Positions 29,411 to 39,260 of a stretch of DNA of 64,000 nt are shown piece after piece. The notes under the pieces are model-generated. The model was given only the letters and a program-made list of their open reading frames with translations. It ran no database searches and was not told where the DNA came from. The stretch comes from an uncultured delta proteobacterium (lineage in GTDB: Bacteria > Myxococcota_A > Polyangia > Palsa-1104), in contig CAWAWS010000015.1 of NCBI GenBank assembly GCA_963785725.1, forward strand, positions 224,001-288,000, written 5' to 3'. Position numbers and translations under genes: made by a program. Numbering within the stretch: position 1 is the stretch's first letter; the number at the start of each line of letters is the position of its first letter.

Positions 29411-30336
29411 CGCGCGCGCTCTTTGCTTTCGCCGTCGTTGCGACGGCCGTCGTCGGGATAGCGGGCTGCAAGCCCAACTTCGGGACGCCGACGTCGCTCG
29501 TCAACGACGAGCGCATCTTGGGCGTGCGCGCGACGCCGCCCGACCTCGTGCCCGGCAATACGGCGGCGTTCGAGGCGCTCGTCGTCGGCCCGAGCGGCAC
29601 CGAGGCGATGCCCAACCTCGACTGGGCGCTGTGCACGACGCCGAAGCCGCTCGACGAGAACAACATCGTCTCCAGCGCCTGCTTGGGCAGCGGCGACGGC
29701 ATCGTCGACGTCGGCATGGGCCCGACGGTGATGGCGAAGATTCCGGCCAACGCCTGCCAGCTGTTCGGTCCCGATCCGCCGCCGCAGATGGTCGGCCAGC
29801 CGCCGCTGCGTCCGCGCGATCCCGACATCACCGGCGGCTATTATCAGCCGTTGCGCCTGTCCGAAGGCAGAGTCACCGGCTTTGCGCTCGAGCGCATCCA
29901 GTGCGAGCTGACCAACGCCGGCGCCGACATCGCCGTGCAGTTCGGCATGACCTACGTCGCCAACACCAACCCGATGCTCGAGCCGATGACGGCGACCGTC
30001 GGCGGCGCCGCCGTCACGCTCGACGCGCTGCCCGCCGGCAAGTCGATCGACTTCACCGTCGGCTGGCCGGCGTCGAGCGTCGAGAGCTTCCCGGTGTTCG
30101 ACGAGACCGCCGGCACGCTCGTCACCCATCGCGAGTCGATGCGCGTCTCCTGGTTCGTCACCGACGGCGCTTTCGTCCACGACGTCACCGGCCGCGACGA
30201 GACCGATCCGGCCACGAGCACCGACAACAGCTGGACCGCGCCCACGACGCCGGGACCGGTGCACTTGTGGCTCGTCCTGCGCGACAGCCGCGGCGGCATC
30301 GACTACGCCGCCTACGAGCTGACGGTCACGCCGTAA
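29404..30336 (+). CDS. Lipoprotein associated with the receptor
   Basis: Lipobox IAGC, RILGVRATPP, WLVLRDSRGG; overlaps the receptor stop. Confidence 0.75.
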   Translation: MVTRALFAFAVVATAVVGIAGCKPNFGTPTSLVNDERILGVRATPPDLVPGNTAAFEALVVGPSGTEAMPNLDWALCTTPKPLDENNIVSSACLGSGDGIVDVGMGPTVMAKIPANACQLFGPDPPPQMVGQPPLRPRDPDITGGYYQPLRLSEGRVTGFALERIQCELTNAGADIAVQFGMTYVANTNPMLEPMTATVGGAAVTLDALPAGKSIDFTVGWPASSVESFPVFDETAGTLVTHRESMRVSWFVTDGAFVHDVTGRDETDPATSTDNSWTAPTTPGPVHLWLVLRDSRGGIDYAAYELTVTP

Positions 30337-30345
30337 CGGCGCCGC

Positions 30346-31074
30346 ATGACGATGTCCGGCGACTCCGCCCACGCCGCGCTGGTCCTCGTCGTCGAGGATG
30401 ACCGCCAGCTGCAGCGGCTGCTCGACGCGCAGCTGCGCGAGCACGGCTACCGCACGACGCTGGCGGCGACCGGAAAAGACGCCCTCGAGCGCGCGCAGCG
30501 GCAGCGTCCCGAGCTGGTCCTGCTCGATCTGAACTTGCCCGACATCGCCGGCGCCGAGGTCTGCCGCCAGCTCAAGGCCGCGGCCGAGACGGCGCACGTG
30601 CGCATCCTCATGTTGACCGGCCGCGCGACCGAGGCCGATCGCGTGGCCGGCTTCGAGGCCGGCGCCGACGACTACGTCTGTAAGCCCTTCAGCCTGCGCG
30701 AGCTCATGCTGCGGCTGCGCGCGCTCGGCCGCCGCGACGCCGGCGTGCGCGCGAGCCACGACGCCGTCCGCCGCTGCGGCCTCATCGCGATCGACCCGGC
30801 CGCGTTCGCCGTCACCGTCGACGAGCGGCCCATCGTCGTCAGCAAGACCGAGCTGCGCCTGTTGATGCTCTTGAGCGAGCAAGCGGGGCGCGTCTACAGC
30901 TACGCCGAGCTGTCCTATGGGTTGTGGCAGGCGCTCGATGATCCGCAGGTCGCGCGGCTGCAGACGCACGTGCGGCGCCTGAAGGCCAAGCTCGGCGCCG
31001 CCGCCGGCGCGCTCGAGCTCGTCGGCGCCGTCGGCTATCGCCTGCGCACGCCCGACAGCGGCGACTTCGGCTAG
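30346..31074 (+). CDS. OmpR/PhoB-family response regulator (no adjacent kinase)
   Basis: VVEDD, LLDLNLP, MLTG, GADDYVCKPFS, winged-helix THVRRLKAKL...GYR. Confidence 0.9.
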   Translation: MTMSGDSAHAALVLVVEDDRQLQRLLDAQLREHGYRTTLAATGKDALERAQRQRPELVLLDLNLPDIAGAEVCRQLKAAAETAHVRILMLTGRATEADRVAGFEAGADDYVCKPFSLRELMLRLRALGRRDAGVRASHDAVRRCGLIAIDPAAFAVTVDERPIVVSKTELRLLMLLSEQAGRVYSYAELSYGLWQALDDPQVARLQTHVRRLKAKLGAAAGALELVGAVGYRLRTPDSGDFG

Positions 31075-31155
31075 CCGTCTTCGCCGTCGAGAGAGCCCTG
31101 CGCGGCGTCGCCGGCGCGAAGCCTGACGTCATCGCGCTCGCCGGTCATGGACGCG

Positions 31156-31212
31156 ATACTGAAGCAGTCACTTCAGTATTGGGCGCCGGCGACACTGAAG
31201 CATTTACTTCAG
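31156..31212. repeat. Paired palindromes CTGAAG-N6-CTTCAG
   Basis: ATACTGAAG-cagtca-CTTCAGTAT (31156-31179) and CTGAAG-cattta-CTTCAG (31195-31212), period 36. Confidence 0.8.
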
Positions 31213-31236
31213 CATCGCCCGCGCACGGTTACGCGG

Positions 31237-31870
31237 TTATTTCGGCTTCCGCTTCGGCGACTTGGGCGGATGGAGGGTCTCGCCGCGCGCCAGCATCGCC
31301 ACCAGCTCGGCTACCTTGCGCGCCCGCGTCGCCGCCAGCTTCGGCGCCTGCACGCGATAGAGCACGGCGTAGCGATTGCTGCCGTCGAGCGTGGCGAAAC
31401 GCCGCCCGTGCCTCGGCGTTGGCCGCCAGCGCCGCCGCCAAATCAGCGGGCACGGTCGCGGCGCGCGCGCCGTCGTACGCGCGCTCCCAACGACCGTCGC
31501 GGCGCGCGCGCTCGACCTCGGCCAGACCGGGCGCCTGCAGCTTCCCGGCGGCGATGAGCGCCGTCGCCTTGTCGCGATTGATCTTCGACCACGGGCTGCG
31601 CGTCGCGCGCGGCGAGAAGCGCTGCAGCCAATGGGTGTCGTCGAGCTTGTTCTTTTGGCCGTCGATCCAGCCCCAGATGAGCGCGCCTTCGATGGCCTCG
31701 GCGTAGGTGACCGAGCGCTGGCCGCCGTCCTTCTTGGCGATGCGCAGCCACACGCCGGACGACGACGCATGGTGCTCGGCCAGCCACGCGAGCCACGCCG
31801 ACAACGAGGCGCACGTCAGCGGCGCAGTCGCGCGTGCGGCGGAAGCGGTCGGCTTTTTCGGGGCGGCCAC
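31237..31870 (-). CDS. YdeI/OmpD-associated family protein; 1 frameshift
   Basis: GVWLRIAKK, WGWIDG, RFSPR...SPWSKIN, VPADLAAAL; extra base at ~31398. Confidence 0.85.
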
Positions 31871-31916
31871 GCCGTCACTTTACGACAGACGCGGCCATGG
31901 CAGGAGGCGTGCGGTG

Positions 31917-34304
31917 TTACGAGATCGGCGCTTCGGAGCAGAAGCCGTTGATGCACAAGTTGGTCTTGTCGCAGCAGTCGGCGGCCGTGGTGCACTTGTC
32001 CGAGAGCTGCGAGCACTGCGAGTTCGGCGGCGTGTCGGAGCACACGAGCGCGCCGCCGGTGCCGTTGGGCTCGCAGAAGCCGTTGCAGCACTGATCGCCC
32101 GAGGCGCACGACGCGCCGTCGGCGCGGCAGGGATCGAGGACCCAGAAGCCGCGCGAGTTGCCGGCCAAGAGCTCCTGCGCCGGCAGGTAGAACGCGGGAT
32201 GGCTGGCGTCGGTGCCGGGCGCGGCGTTCAGGTCGACGGCGGCGACCCACAGCTTCTTGGGCGTGACGTTGTTGATGAGGTCGGCGCCGCGCGGATCGCT
32301 GCAGAACGGCGGGATGGTCGCTTCGTTGCCGTACATGCGGCGGCTGGTGAACACGACCCACGCGTAACCGCCCGACGCCACCGGCGCGACGGTCGGCTCG
32401 TAGTTCAGGTCGACGTCGTCGTCGTGCAGCGGGTTCATGGTGTTGACGACGTTGCCGTCGCCCTTGCACGAGATCGTGCTCGCCGTCGTCAGCTTGGGCA
32501 GATAGCTGGCGCCGGTCGCGTCGAGCCCGTTGAGCTGGTTGAGCACGGTGACGTGCGTCGCGTCGGTGAGGTTGGTCCAATTGATCTGCGCTTTGCAGCC
32601 CTCGCGCGTGTACATCTGGCCCTGCCCGTTGCCGTCTTCGGAGTCGTAGGCGCTCTGATGGTGGAAGACGACCGACTTCGAGTCGGGCAAGAACGCCGGC
32701 CAGCCCGGACGCGTCGCCGCCGGCTTGCCGGCGTCGTTGACGATGGTGATCGGATTGGTGAACGCGTTGGTCGCCGCGCTGAACTGCATCACGACCAGCG
32801 ACTGCGCCGCCGGCGGACCGCCGCTGACGGCGCCCATCGGGTTGAACGCGATCATCGTCTTGTCGGGCGAGAACGCGGGCGAGCCAAGGTTGCCGCCGTA
32901 GTTGGTCAGCCCCGTCGTCGTCAGCGCCGGCGAGTCGTTGGGCAGCGGCAAGAGCTGCGTCGTCGACGAGAGCGCCTGCGAGCCGTCGGGATACATGCCG
33001 GGGAAGGTCGCGCCGATCGGCAGCGGCGTGTGCTCGACCGGAGCCAGCGTGGCCGAGAGGTCATACGCCGAGCTCGTGCCGTAGCTGGAGCCGTGCTGCA
33101 CGACGAGGCGCGAGCCGTCGGCCGAGACCGAGTGGCAGACGCGGCAGCCGGTGTTGTCGGTGGTCGTCGTGCCGGCCACGAGCTTGGGCGCCGTGTCGCC
33201 GATGTGGATCGAGAGGACGGCGCCGCCGAACGGCTGGTTGTTGCCGATCGACTTGTCGGTGCCGCTGTTCTGCACCAGGTTCGTGCCGTAGGAGTTGTAG
33301 TAGATGATGCCGGACACGCGGCCGGGCGCGATCGTCCACGTCTGCGCGATCGGTCCGTGCGCGACGCCGCCCGAGGCGACGGTCAGGCTCAGCGTCAGCT
33401 TGTCGGCGCCGCCCGCAGTGTTGGTCGCCTCGGCCCAGATGTCCTGCGGAATCGGCATGCGGATGAAGTTGGTGCCCGTCTGCGCCAAGATCGCCGGCCG
33501 GCTGAACTGACCGGTCCAGGTGAAGCTGCCGTTGGTGTCCTTGAGCGTCATCTGGATTGCGTCGACCGAGGCCGTCGACGTCCAGCTCCACATGATGAGC
33601 GGCGCCAAGAGGCCGCGCGGGAAGACCGTGTTGGCGTAAGGATAGAGGTAGCCGAGGCCGAGGTTGCTGCCGTTGTCGACGGGCGCGCCGAGCGCCGCGA
33701 TGGTGCCCGGATCGGTGACGGCGCCGCCGAGGCCTTCGCCACCGACGCCGCCGACGCCGCCGCCGGAGTTGAGCGTGCCCGGCGTCGTGGGCGCGATTTG
33801 GCCGCCTTCGGACGGGTTCGTCGGATCGGCGCCGTTCTGCGTGGCCGCGATCTGCACCATGACCTGGCGCTGAATCGTCACGCCGTTGAGCCCGGCGCTG
33901 ACGTTGACCAAGCCGGCGACGGTGCCCGACGGTGAGAACGTCGTGCCTTGGCCGGGGCCGATGACGACGCTGCCGATGTCGCCGCGATCGACGCTCCAGG
34001 CGACGCTGACCGGCGCGCCGCCCAACGTCGCCGTGTACTGCACCGTCGGAATCGGCTGTCCCGTCGTGATCGTCAGCGTCTGCATCGCCGCCGGCTCTAC
34101 GTCGAGCAAGAGCGGCCCGAGGTCGGCGTTGACGGGCGGCGTCGTGTTCGTCATGTCGGCGCCGGGGACGGCCGCGTCGGGCGCGACCGCCATGTCGTCA
34201 GCGCCGGGTGGTGCGTGCGCCGCGCCGCCGTGACTGCAACCGGCGATGGCGAAGAGGCCGAACAACACGCTGCGCTGAAGGGAAGCTTTATGGCTATTCA
34301 ACAT
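31917..34304 (-). CDS. Large lipoprotein with TolB-like beta-propeller, CxxCH and Cys-rich C-terminus
   Basis: Lipobox IAGC; PD40-like repeats PAFSPD, PAFLPD; CRVCH; two terminal Cys-rich repeats. Confidence 0.8.
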   Translation of the reverse strand: MLNSHKASLQRSVLFGLFAIAGCSHGGAAHAPPGADDMAVAPDAAVPGADMTNTTPPVNADLGPLLLDVEPAAMQTLTITTGQPIPTVQYTATLGGAPVSVAWSVDRGDIGSVVIGPGQGTTFSPSGTVAGLVNVSAGLNGVTIQRQVMVQIAATQNGADPTNPSEGGQIAPTTPGTLNSGGGVGGVGGEGLGGAVTDPGTIAALGAPVDNGSNLGLGYLYPYANTVFPRGLLAPLIMWSWTSTASVDAIQMTLKDTNGSFTWTGQFSRPAILAQTGTNFIRMPIPQDIWAEATNTAGGADKLTLSLTVASGGVAHGPIAQTWTIAPGRVSGIIYYNSYGTNLVQNSGTDKSIGNNQPFGGAVLSIHIGDTAPKLVAGTTTTDNTGCRVCHSVSADGSRLVVQHGSSYGTSSAYDLSATLAPVEHTPLPIGATFPGMYPDGSQALSSTTQLLPLPNDSPALTTTGLTNYGGNLGSPAFSPDKTMIAFNPMGAVSGGPPAAQSLVVMQFSAATNAFTNPITIVNDAGKPAATRPGWPAFLPDSKSVVFHHQSAYDSEDGNGQGQMYTREGCKAQINWTNLTDATHVTVLNQLNGLDATGASYLPKLTTASTISCKGDGNVVNTMNPLHDDDVDLNYEPTVAPVASGGYAWVVFTSRRMYGNEATIPPFCSDPRGADLINNVTPKKLWVAAVDLNAAPGTDASHPAFYLPAQELLAGNSRGFWVLDPCRADGASCASGDQCCNGFCEPNGTGGALVCSDTPPNSQCSQLSDKCTTAADCCDKTNLCINGFCSEAPIS

Positions 34305-34641
34305 GGTTGTGCTGCCGAAATCGTGGCACGCGTAAAATGTGTCGTAAAGCCCAGAACGCAGCGTTTATCGCTATCTACAGCGACGCACGTGTGGGCTTTT
34401 GTATCGCCGCCTGCTCCAAAAGCGAGCTCGTTTGTCGGCGCGCTGACAAGTCACATGTAGGCGGCGCCGGCGCCGCCAAAGGCGCGGTAGATCCCTCGCG
34501 CGAATGCGCTCTGCCGTCGTCGTCGCGTCGGCCGCGACGGCCGGCTCGCGGATGCGCGCGAGCCAATGCTCGCCATCGACGTCACTCATGCGCTGGACTA
34601 CCGTCGCTGCGTGGCGAAGGCGCAGGGTGTGCCGCCGCCGC

Positions 34642-34681
34642 TGAAACACGTTTCATGAGCGCCGTCGCCTGTGCGTATAAT
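34642..34681 (+). promoter_or_regulatory. Palindromic operator plus -10 box upstream of the START gene
   Basis: TGAAAC-AC-GTTTCA at 34642-34655; TATAAT at 34676-34681. Confidence 0.5.
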
Positions 34682-34709
34682 GCGGCGCTCGTCCGAGGAG
34701 GATGCTCGC

Positions 34710-35432
34710 ATGTCGCAGCTCGTTCGCTGTTCCAAGGGTTTGTCGTCGCTGGCGCTGGCCGGCCTCATGCTCGTCGCCGGTCGCGGCGTCGCTCGCGCCG
34801 ACGGCGGCAGCGGTCCGTGGGAGCACGTCAGCAACAAAGAGGGCATCGAAGTCGAGCGCCGCTCCGTCGAGGGCTCGAGCTTGAAGGAGTTCGTCGGTCG
34901 CGGCGTCATCGACGCGCCCGTGCAGCGCGTGCTCGCCGTCATCCGTGACGCCGGCCGCCGCGCCGAGTGGATGCCCAACTGCGGCGGCTCGTGGCTCGTC
35001 GAAGAGAACCTCGCTGCGCGCACGCAGGTCGCCTATCACCGCACGAAGGCGCCGTGGCCCGTCTCCGATCGCGACTCGGTGAACAAGGCCGAGATTTACG
35101 TCGAGCCGGCCAAGCACCGCGTGTTCCTGCCCTTCGAAGCGGTGTCGAGCGCCAAGGTGCCGCCGGTCAAAGGCGTCGTGCGCATGCCGTTCATGCGCGG
35201 CCATTGGATCCTCGTCCCCATCGACGGTGGCAAGACGCAGGTCGAGTATCAGGTCTACGCCAACCCGGGCGGCGCGCTGCCCGATTGGGTGGCGAACTTG
35301 GCGTCGAAGACGCTGCCGCGCGAGACCATCGCCGGCCTGCGCAAGCAGGTGACCAAGGCGTCGTATCCCGACTTCGAGGCCATGATCGTCGCCACGCCGG
35401 AAGCCAAAGAGCTGCTCGCCAGCGTCAAGTAG
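34710..35432 (+). CDS. Secreted START-domain protein
   Basis: Signal peptide (ARA); EWMPNC, APWPVSDRD, NPGGALPDWVAN. Confidence 0.85.
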   Translation: MSQLVRCSKGLSSLALAGLMLVAGRGVARADGGSGPWEHVSNKEGIEVERRSVEGSSLKEFVGRGVIDAPVQRVLAVIRDAGRRAEWMPNCGGSWLVEENLAARTQVAYHRTKAPWPVSDRDSVNKAEIYVEPAKHRVFLPFEAVSSAKVPPVKGVVRMPFMRGHWILVPIDGGKTQVEYQVYANPGGALPDWVANLASKTLPRETIAGLRKQVTKASYPDFEAMIVATPEAKELLASVK

Positions 35433-35444
35433 TCGCCCGCCGCT

Positions 35445-36066
35445 TTACGTTTCGCCTTCCACCCAACCGAGATGCAACTGCACGCCACGGCGCTGCGCGG
35501 CGACGGTGACGATGCCGTCGTCGGGGTTGCGGCCGCCGAGCGCGTGCACGAGCGCGCGGCGTTCGTCGCGCCCGATCGTCGCGCCTTGGGCGGCGTGCGC
35601 GAGCATGAGCGCGTGCGTGGCGTTGAGCCGCTCGGCCTCGATGAGCGCCGCGGCCGCGCGCTGCACGAGCGGCTGCGACAGCGCGCGTAAGTCGCCCAGC
35701 GTCACGCTCGAGCCGCTCGGCCAGCTGCTGCAAGCGTTCGGCGCGCGCGGGCGTCGGCTCGGCCAAGAGCCAGTCCTCAATCGACGGGCCGCCCAAGTCG
35801 CGCGGTCCGGCGACGGCGAGGACGGCGAGCGCGCCGTCGCCGAGCTTGGCGAGCACGAAGAGGTCGCGCGGCACGGCCGGACCGCGCGCGACGGCCCGCG
35901 GCGCCACCCAGCCGAGCACGAGGCGCGCGGCGATGAACGGCTCGTAGGCGTCGAGGAGCGCGCGCACGGCGTCGGGAAAGCCGCGCGCGCCGAGCCACTG
36001 CGTCGCCAAGCCGCCGCTGTCGGGCCAGGCGTCGCCGGCATCGGCGCCGGCGGGCAAGTAGATCAT
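35445..36066 (-). CDS. Hypothetical protein; probable frameshift near 35703
   Basis: ATG overlaps the meaB stop; coding-like frame switches at ~35703. Confidence 0.5.
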
Positions 36067-37029
36067 GCGTCGCGCGTCCAGTGCGCATCGGCGCGGGCGC
36101 TGAAGTCGAGCTGCGCCTGGTCGTAGCCGCGGGCGCGCACGAACGCCGCCGCGCCGCCCAATTTCTCGTCGAGGAAGCGGAGGCCGGCGCGACCCCATTC
36201 TTCCTGCACCCAGCGGGCAAAGAAGTGCGGCTCGTTCTCGGCGAAGTCGCGCGGCGCCTGTTGCGCCCGCAGCGCCAAGAGCGCGCCGGCCAGCGCGTCG
36301 ATGCCGTCGCCGGTGCGCGCGCTCGTGCGGAAGATCTCGACCGGCTGCGCATCGAACGGCCGCGCCAGCCACAAGCTGCCGCGCAGCTGATGGTAGCTGC
36401 GCTCCGCCGACGGCTCGTCACACTTGTTGAGGATGAAGGCGTCGGGCACTTCCATGATGCCCGCTTTCAAGAACTGGACTTCGTCGCCCGCGAGCGGCTG
36501 CAGGACGAGGTAGACGCGATCGGCCAGCTGGCGAATGTCGGTCTCGCTCTGCCCGATGCCGACGGTCTCGACGAACACGAAGTCGTACAGGCAGGCCAGC
36601 GGCCGGCAGACCTGAAACGTCGACGGCCCGAGCCCGCCCAGCTCCGTCGCCGACGCTTGGCTGCGGAAGAAGAGGCGCTTCTCGTGCGGCGGAAAGCGCA
36701 GCCGCGTGCGATCGCCGAGGAGCGCGCCGCCGGAGATGCGGCTCGACGGATCGACCGCCAGCGCGGCGATCGTCAGCTCCGCCTGCCGTTCGATCAGGCG
36801 GAGCGCGAGGCGACCGAGCAGCGTCGACTTGCCCGAGCCCGGCGTGCCGGTGATGCCGATGAACGAGGCGTGGCGACGCTTGGGCTGCGCGCGCAGGCTC
36901 GTCATGAGCGCGCGCGCGCTCGGCGTAGGCGGCCGGCCGCTGATCTTCGAACGTCGTGATGAGCCGCGACACCGCGTGCTTCTCGTGCGCCAGCGCCGCT
37001 TCGACGAGCGCGTCGCCCGCTGCCGACAT
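36063..37029 (-). CDS. meaB: MeaB/ArgK-family GTPase; 1 frameshift
   Basis: [42 protein letters not shown]-terminus joined at ~36915. Confidence 0.88.
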
Positions 37030-39065
37030 CAGCCGCCGGCCTCGATCATGTCGACGATCTTCTCCATGATCTCGATGAGCCCGAAGTCGGCGGGCGTAAA
37101 GATCTGGCGCACGCCGATGTGGCGCAGCGTCTCGAAGTCGCCCGGCGGGATGATGCCGCCGAAGACGACCTTGATGCGCTCGGCGGCGCCATGCGACTTC
37201 AGCGACGTCGACGATCTGCTGCGCCAGCTCGAGGTGCGAGCCCGACAGCACCGAGGCGCCGATGACGTCGGCGTCCTCTTCGACGGCCGAGCGCACGATC
37301 TCTTCCGGGCTCAGCCGGATGCCCGAGTAGACGACGTCGAAGCCGACGTGGCGCGCGGCGACGGCGATGACCTCGGCGCCGTTGGAGTGGCCGTCGAGGC
37401 CCGGGCTTGCCGACGACGATGCGCGGTCGCCGGCCGAGCTTACCGACGAGCGCCTCGATGCGCGCGCGCAAGGCTTCGACGCGATCGCTCTCGAGGCCCA
37501 GCTTCTGGCCGTCGATGCCCGTCGCCGGGCGGTATTCGCCGAAGACCTCGCGCAGCGTGTTGGCCCACTCGCCCGTCGTCACGCGCGCCAAGCGCACACT
37601 CGATCGACGGCTCCATCATGTCGGTGCCGTCTTGCGCCGCTTGCTTCAGCGCCGCCAGCGCCTTTGCCACGCGCGCCGCGTCGCGCGTCGCCCGCACGCG
37701 CTCCAGATTGGCCATCGTCTCGGCGATGGCGGCGCGGTCGACCTTGAACATGCCGCCGTCGGCTGCCGGAGACGAGCGGCGACGGCAAGCCGTCGGTCCA
37801 CTTGTTCATGCCGACGACGATCTGCTCGCCCATGTTGATGCCGCGCATGCGGTTCGGACATCGAGCGCACCAGCGCCGACTTCATGTAGCCGGACTCGAT
37901 CGCCGCTTTGACGCCGCCCATGCCGACGATCTTGTCGATCTCGCTCGTGGCCTCCTGTTTGATCTCGTCGACCTTGGAGCGAATGACCGGGCTGCCGTCG
38001 AACAGGTCGGGATACTCGAGCAGGTCGGTCTCGTAGGCGAGGATCTGCTGCAGGCGCAGCGACCACTGCTGGTCCCACGGCCGCGGCAGCGACAGCGCCT
38101 CGTTCCACGCCGGCAGCTGCAAGCGCGCGACAGCGCGCGTTGCGGCTCATGCGTCACGCCCAGCGCCTCGATCAAGATGCGCCAGGCGTTGTTCTCCGGC
38201 TGGCGCTCGGTCAGGCCGAGCGAGTTGACCTGCACGCCGTAGCGGAAGCAGCCGATACTTCGGGTTCTTGACGCCGTAGCGATCGCGCGTGATCTCGTCC
38301 CACAGCTCGGTGAACGCGCGCATCTTGCACATCTCTTCGATGAAGCGGATGCCGGAGTTGACGAAGAAGCTGATGCGGCCGACCGAGCGCTCGAACTCGT
38401 CGTCGTCGAAGCGCTTGCGCTGACTTCAGGAGGTCGAGCAGGCCGATGGCGTTGCCGAGCGCGAAGGCCAGCTCCTGCGCCGGCGTCGCGCCCGCTTCCT
38501 GCAAGTGATAGGAGCAGATGTTGGACGCGTTCCAGTTGGGGATCTGGCGCAGGCAGAACTCGTACATCTCGGCGATGAGCCGCAGGCTCTGCTCGGGCGG
38601 GAAGATGTAAGTCCCGCGCGCCAGGTACTCTTTGATGATGTCGTTCTGGGTCGTGCCGGTGAGCAGCTTCGGGTCGACGCCGCGCTCGCGGGCCAGCGCG
38701 ACATACAGCGCCAACAGCCACATGGCCGTGCCGTTGATGGTCATCGAGGTGTTCATCTTCTCGATGGGAATGCCGTCGAAGAGCACGTGAAAGTCGTCGA
38801 GCGAGTTGATGGGCACGCCGACTTTGCCGACTTCCGGCAGCGCGATCGGATCGTCCGAGTCGTACCCGCACTGCGTCGCCAGATCGAACGCGATCGACAG
38901 GCCCGTCTGCCCTTTGCCGAGGTTCGCGCGATAGAGCTCGTTCGACGCTCGCGGGCTCGAATGGCCGGCATAGGTGCGGAAGATCCATGGCTGATCGCGC
39001 GTGACCTGGCCCGCCTTGTCGACGAGCCGGTGCGCCGGCAGCTTCCCCTCTTCGCGTTCGCTCAT
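37029..39065 (-). CDS. meaA: MeaA/ethylmalonyl-CoA mutase-like B12 enzyme; about 9 frameshifts
   Basis: PWIFRTYAGHSS...[44 protein letters not shown]12 motif DGHSNG. Confidence 0.88.
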
Positions 39066-39157
39066 GGGCTCCTCAAAGTGATCGCGCATCGATAGGCGCC
39101 GTTCAAGGTGAATATAATGCGATGCGTTGAAGTCGTAAGCGGCGGTGACCGTCGCCA

Positions 39158-39186
39158 TTGACGAGTCGTGACGACGGGGCTAGGTT
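39158..39186 (+). promoter_or_regulatory. sigma70-type promoter
   Basis: TTGACG-N17-TAGGTT upstream of the ferritin-like gene. Confidence 0.45.
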
Positions 39187-39260
39187 TCGCGTGATGTTAC
39201 CTGGGTTATCGTACCTCGCGCGATGACCGCCGCATCGATCGTATGAAGGAGAATGGGGGA

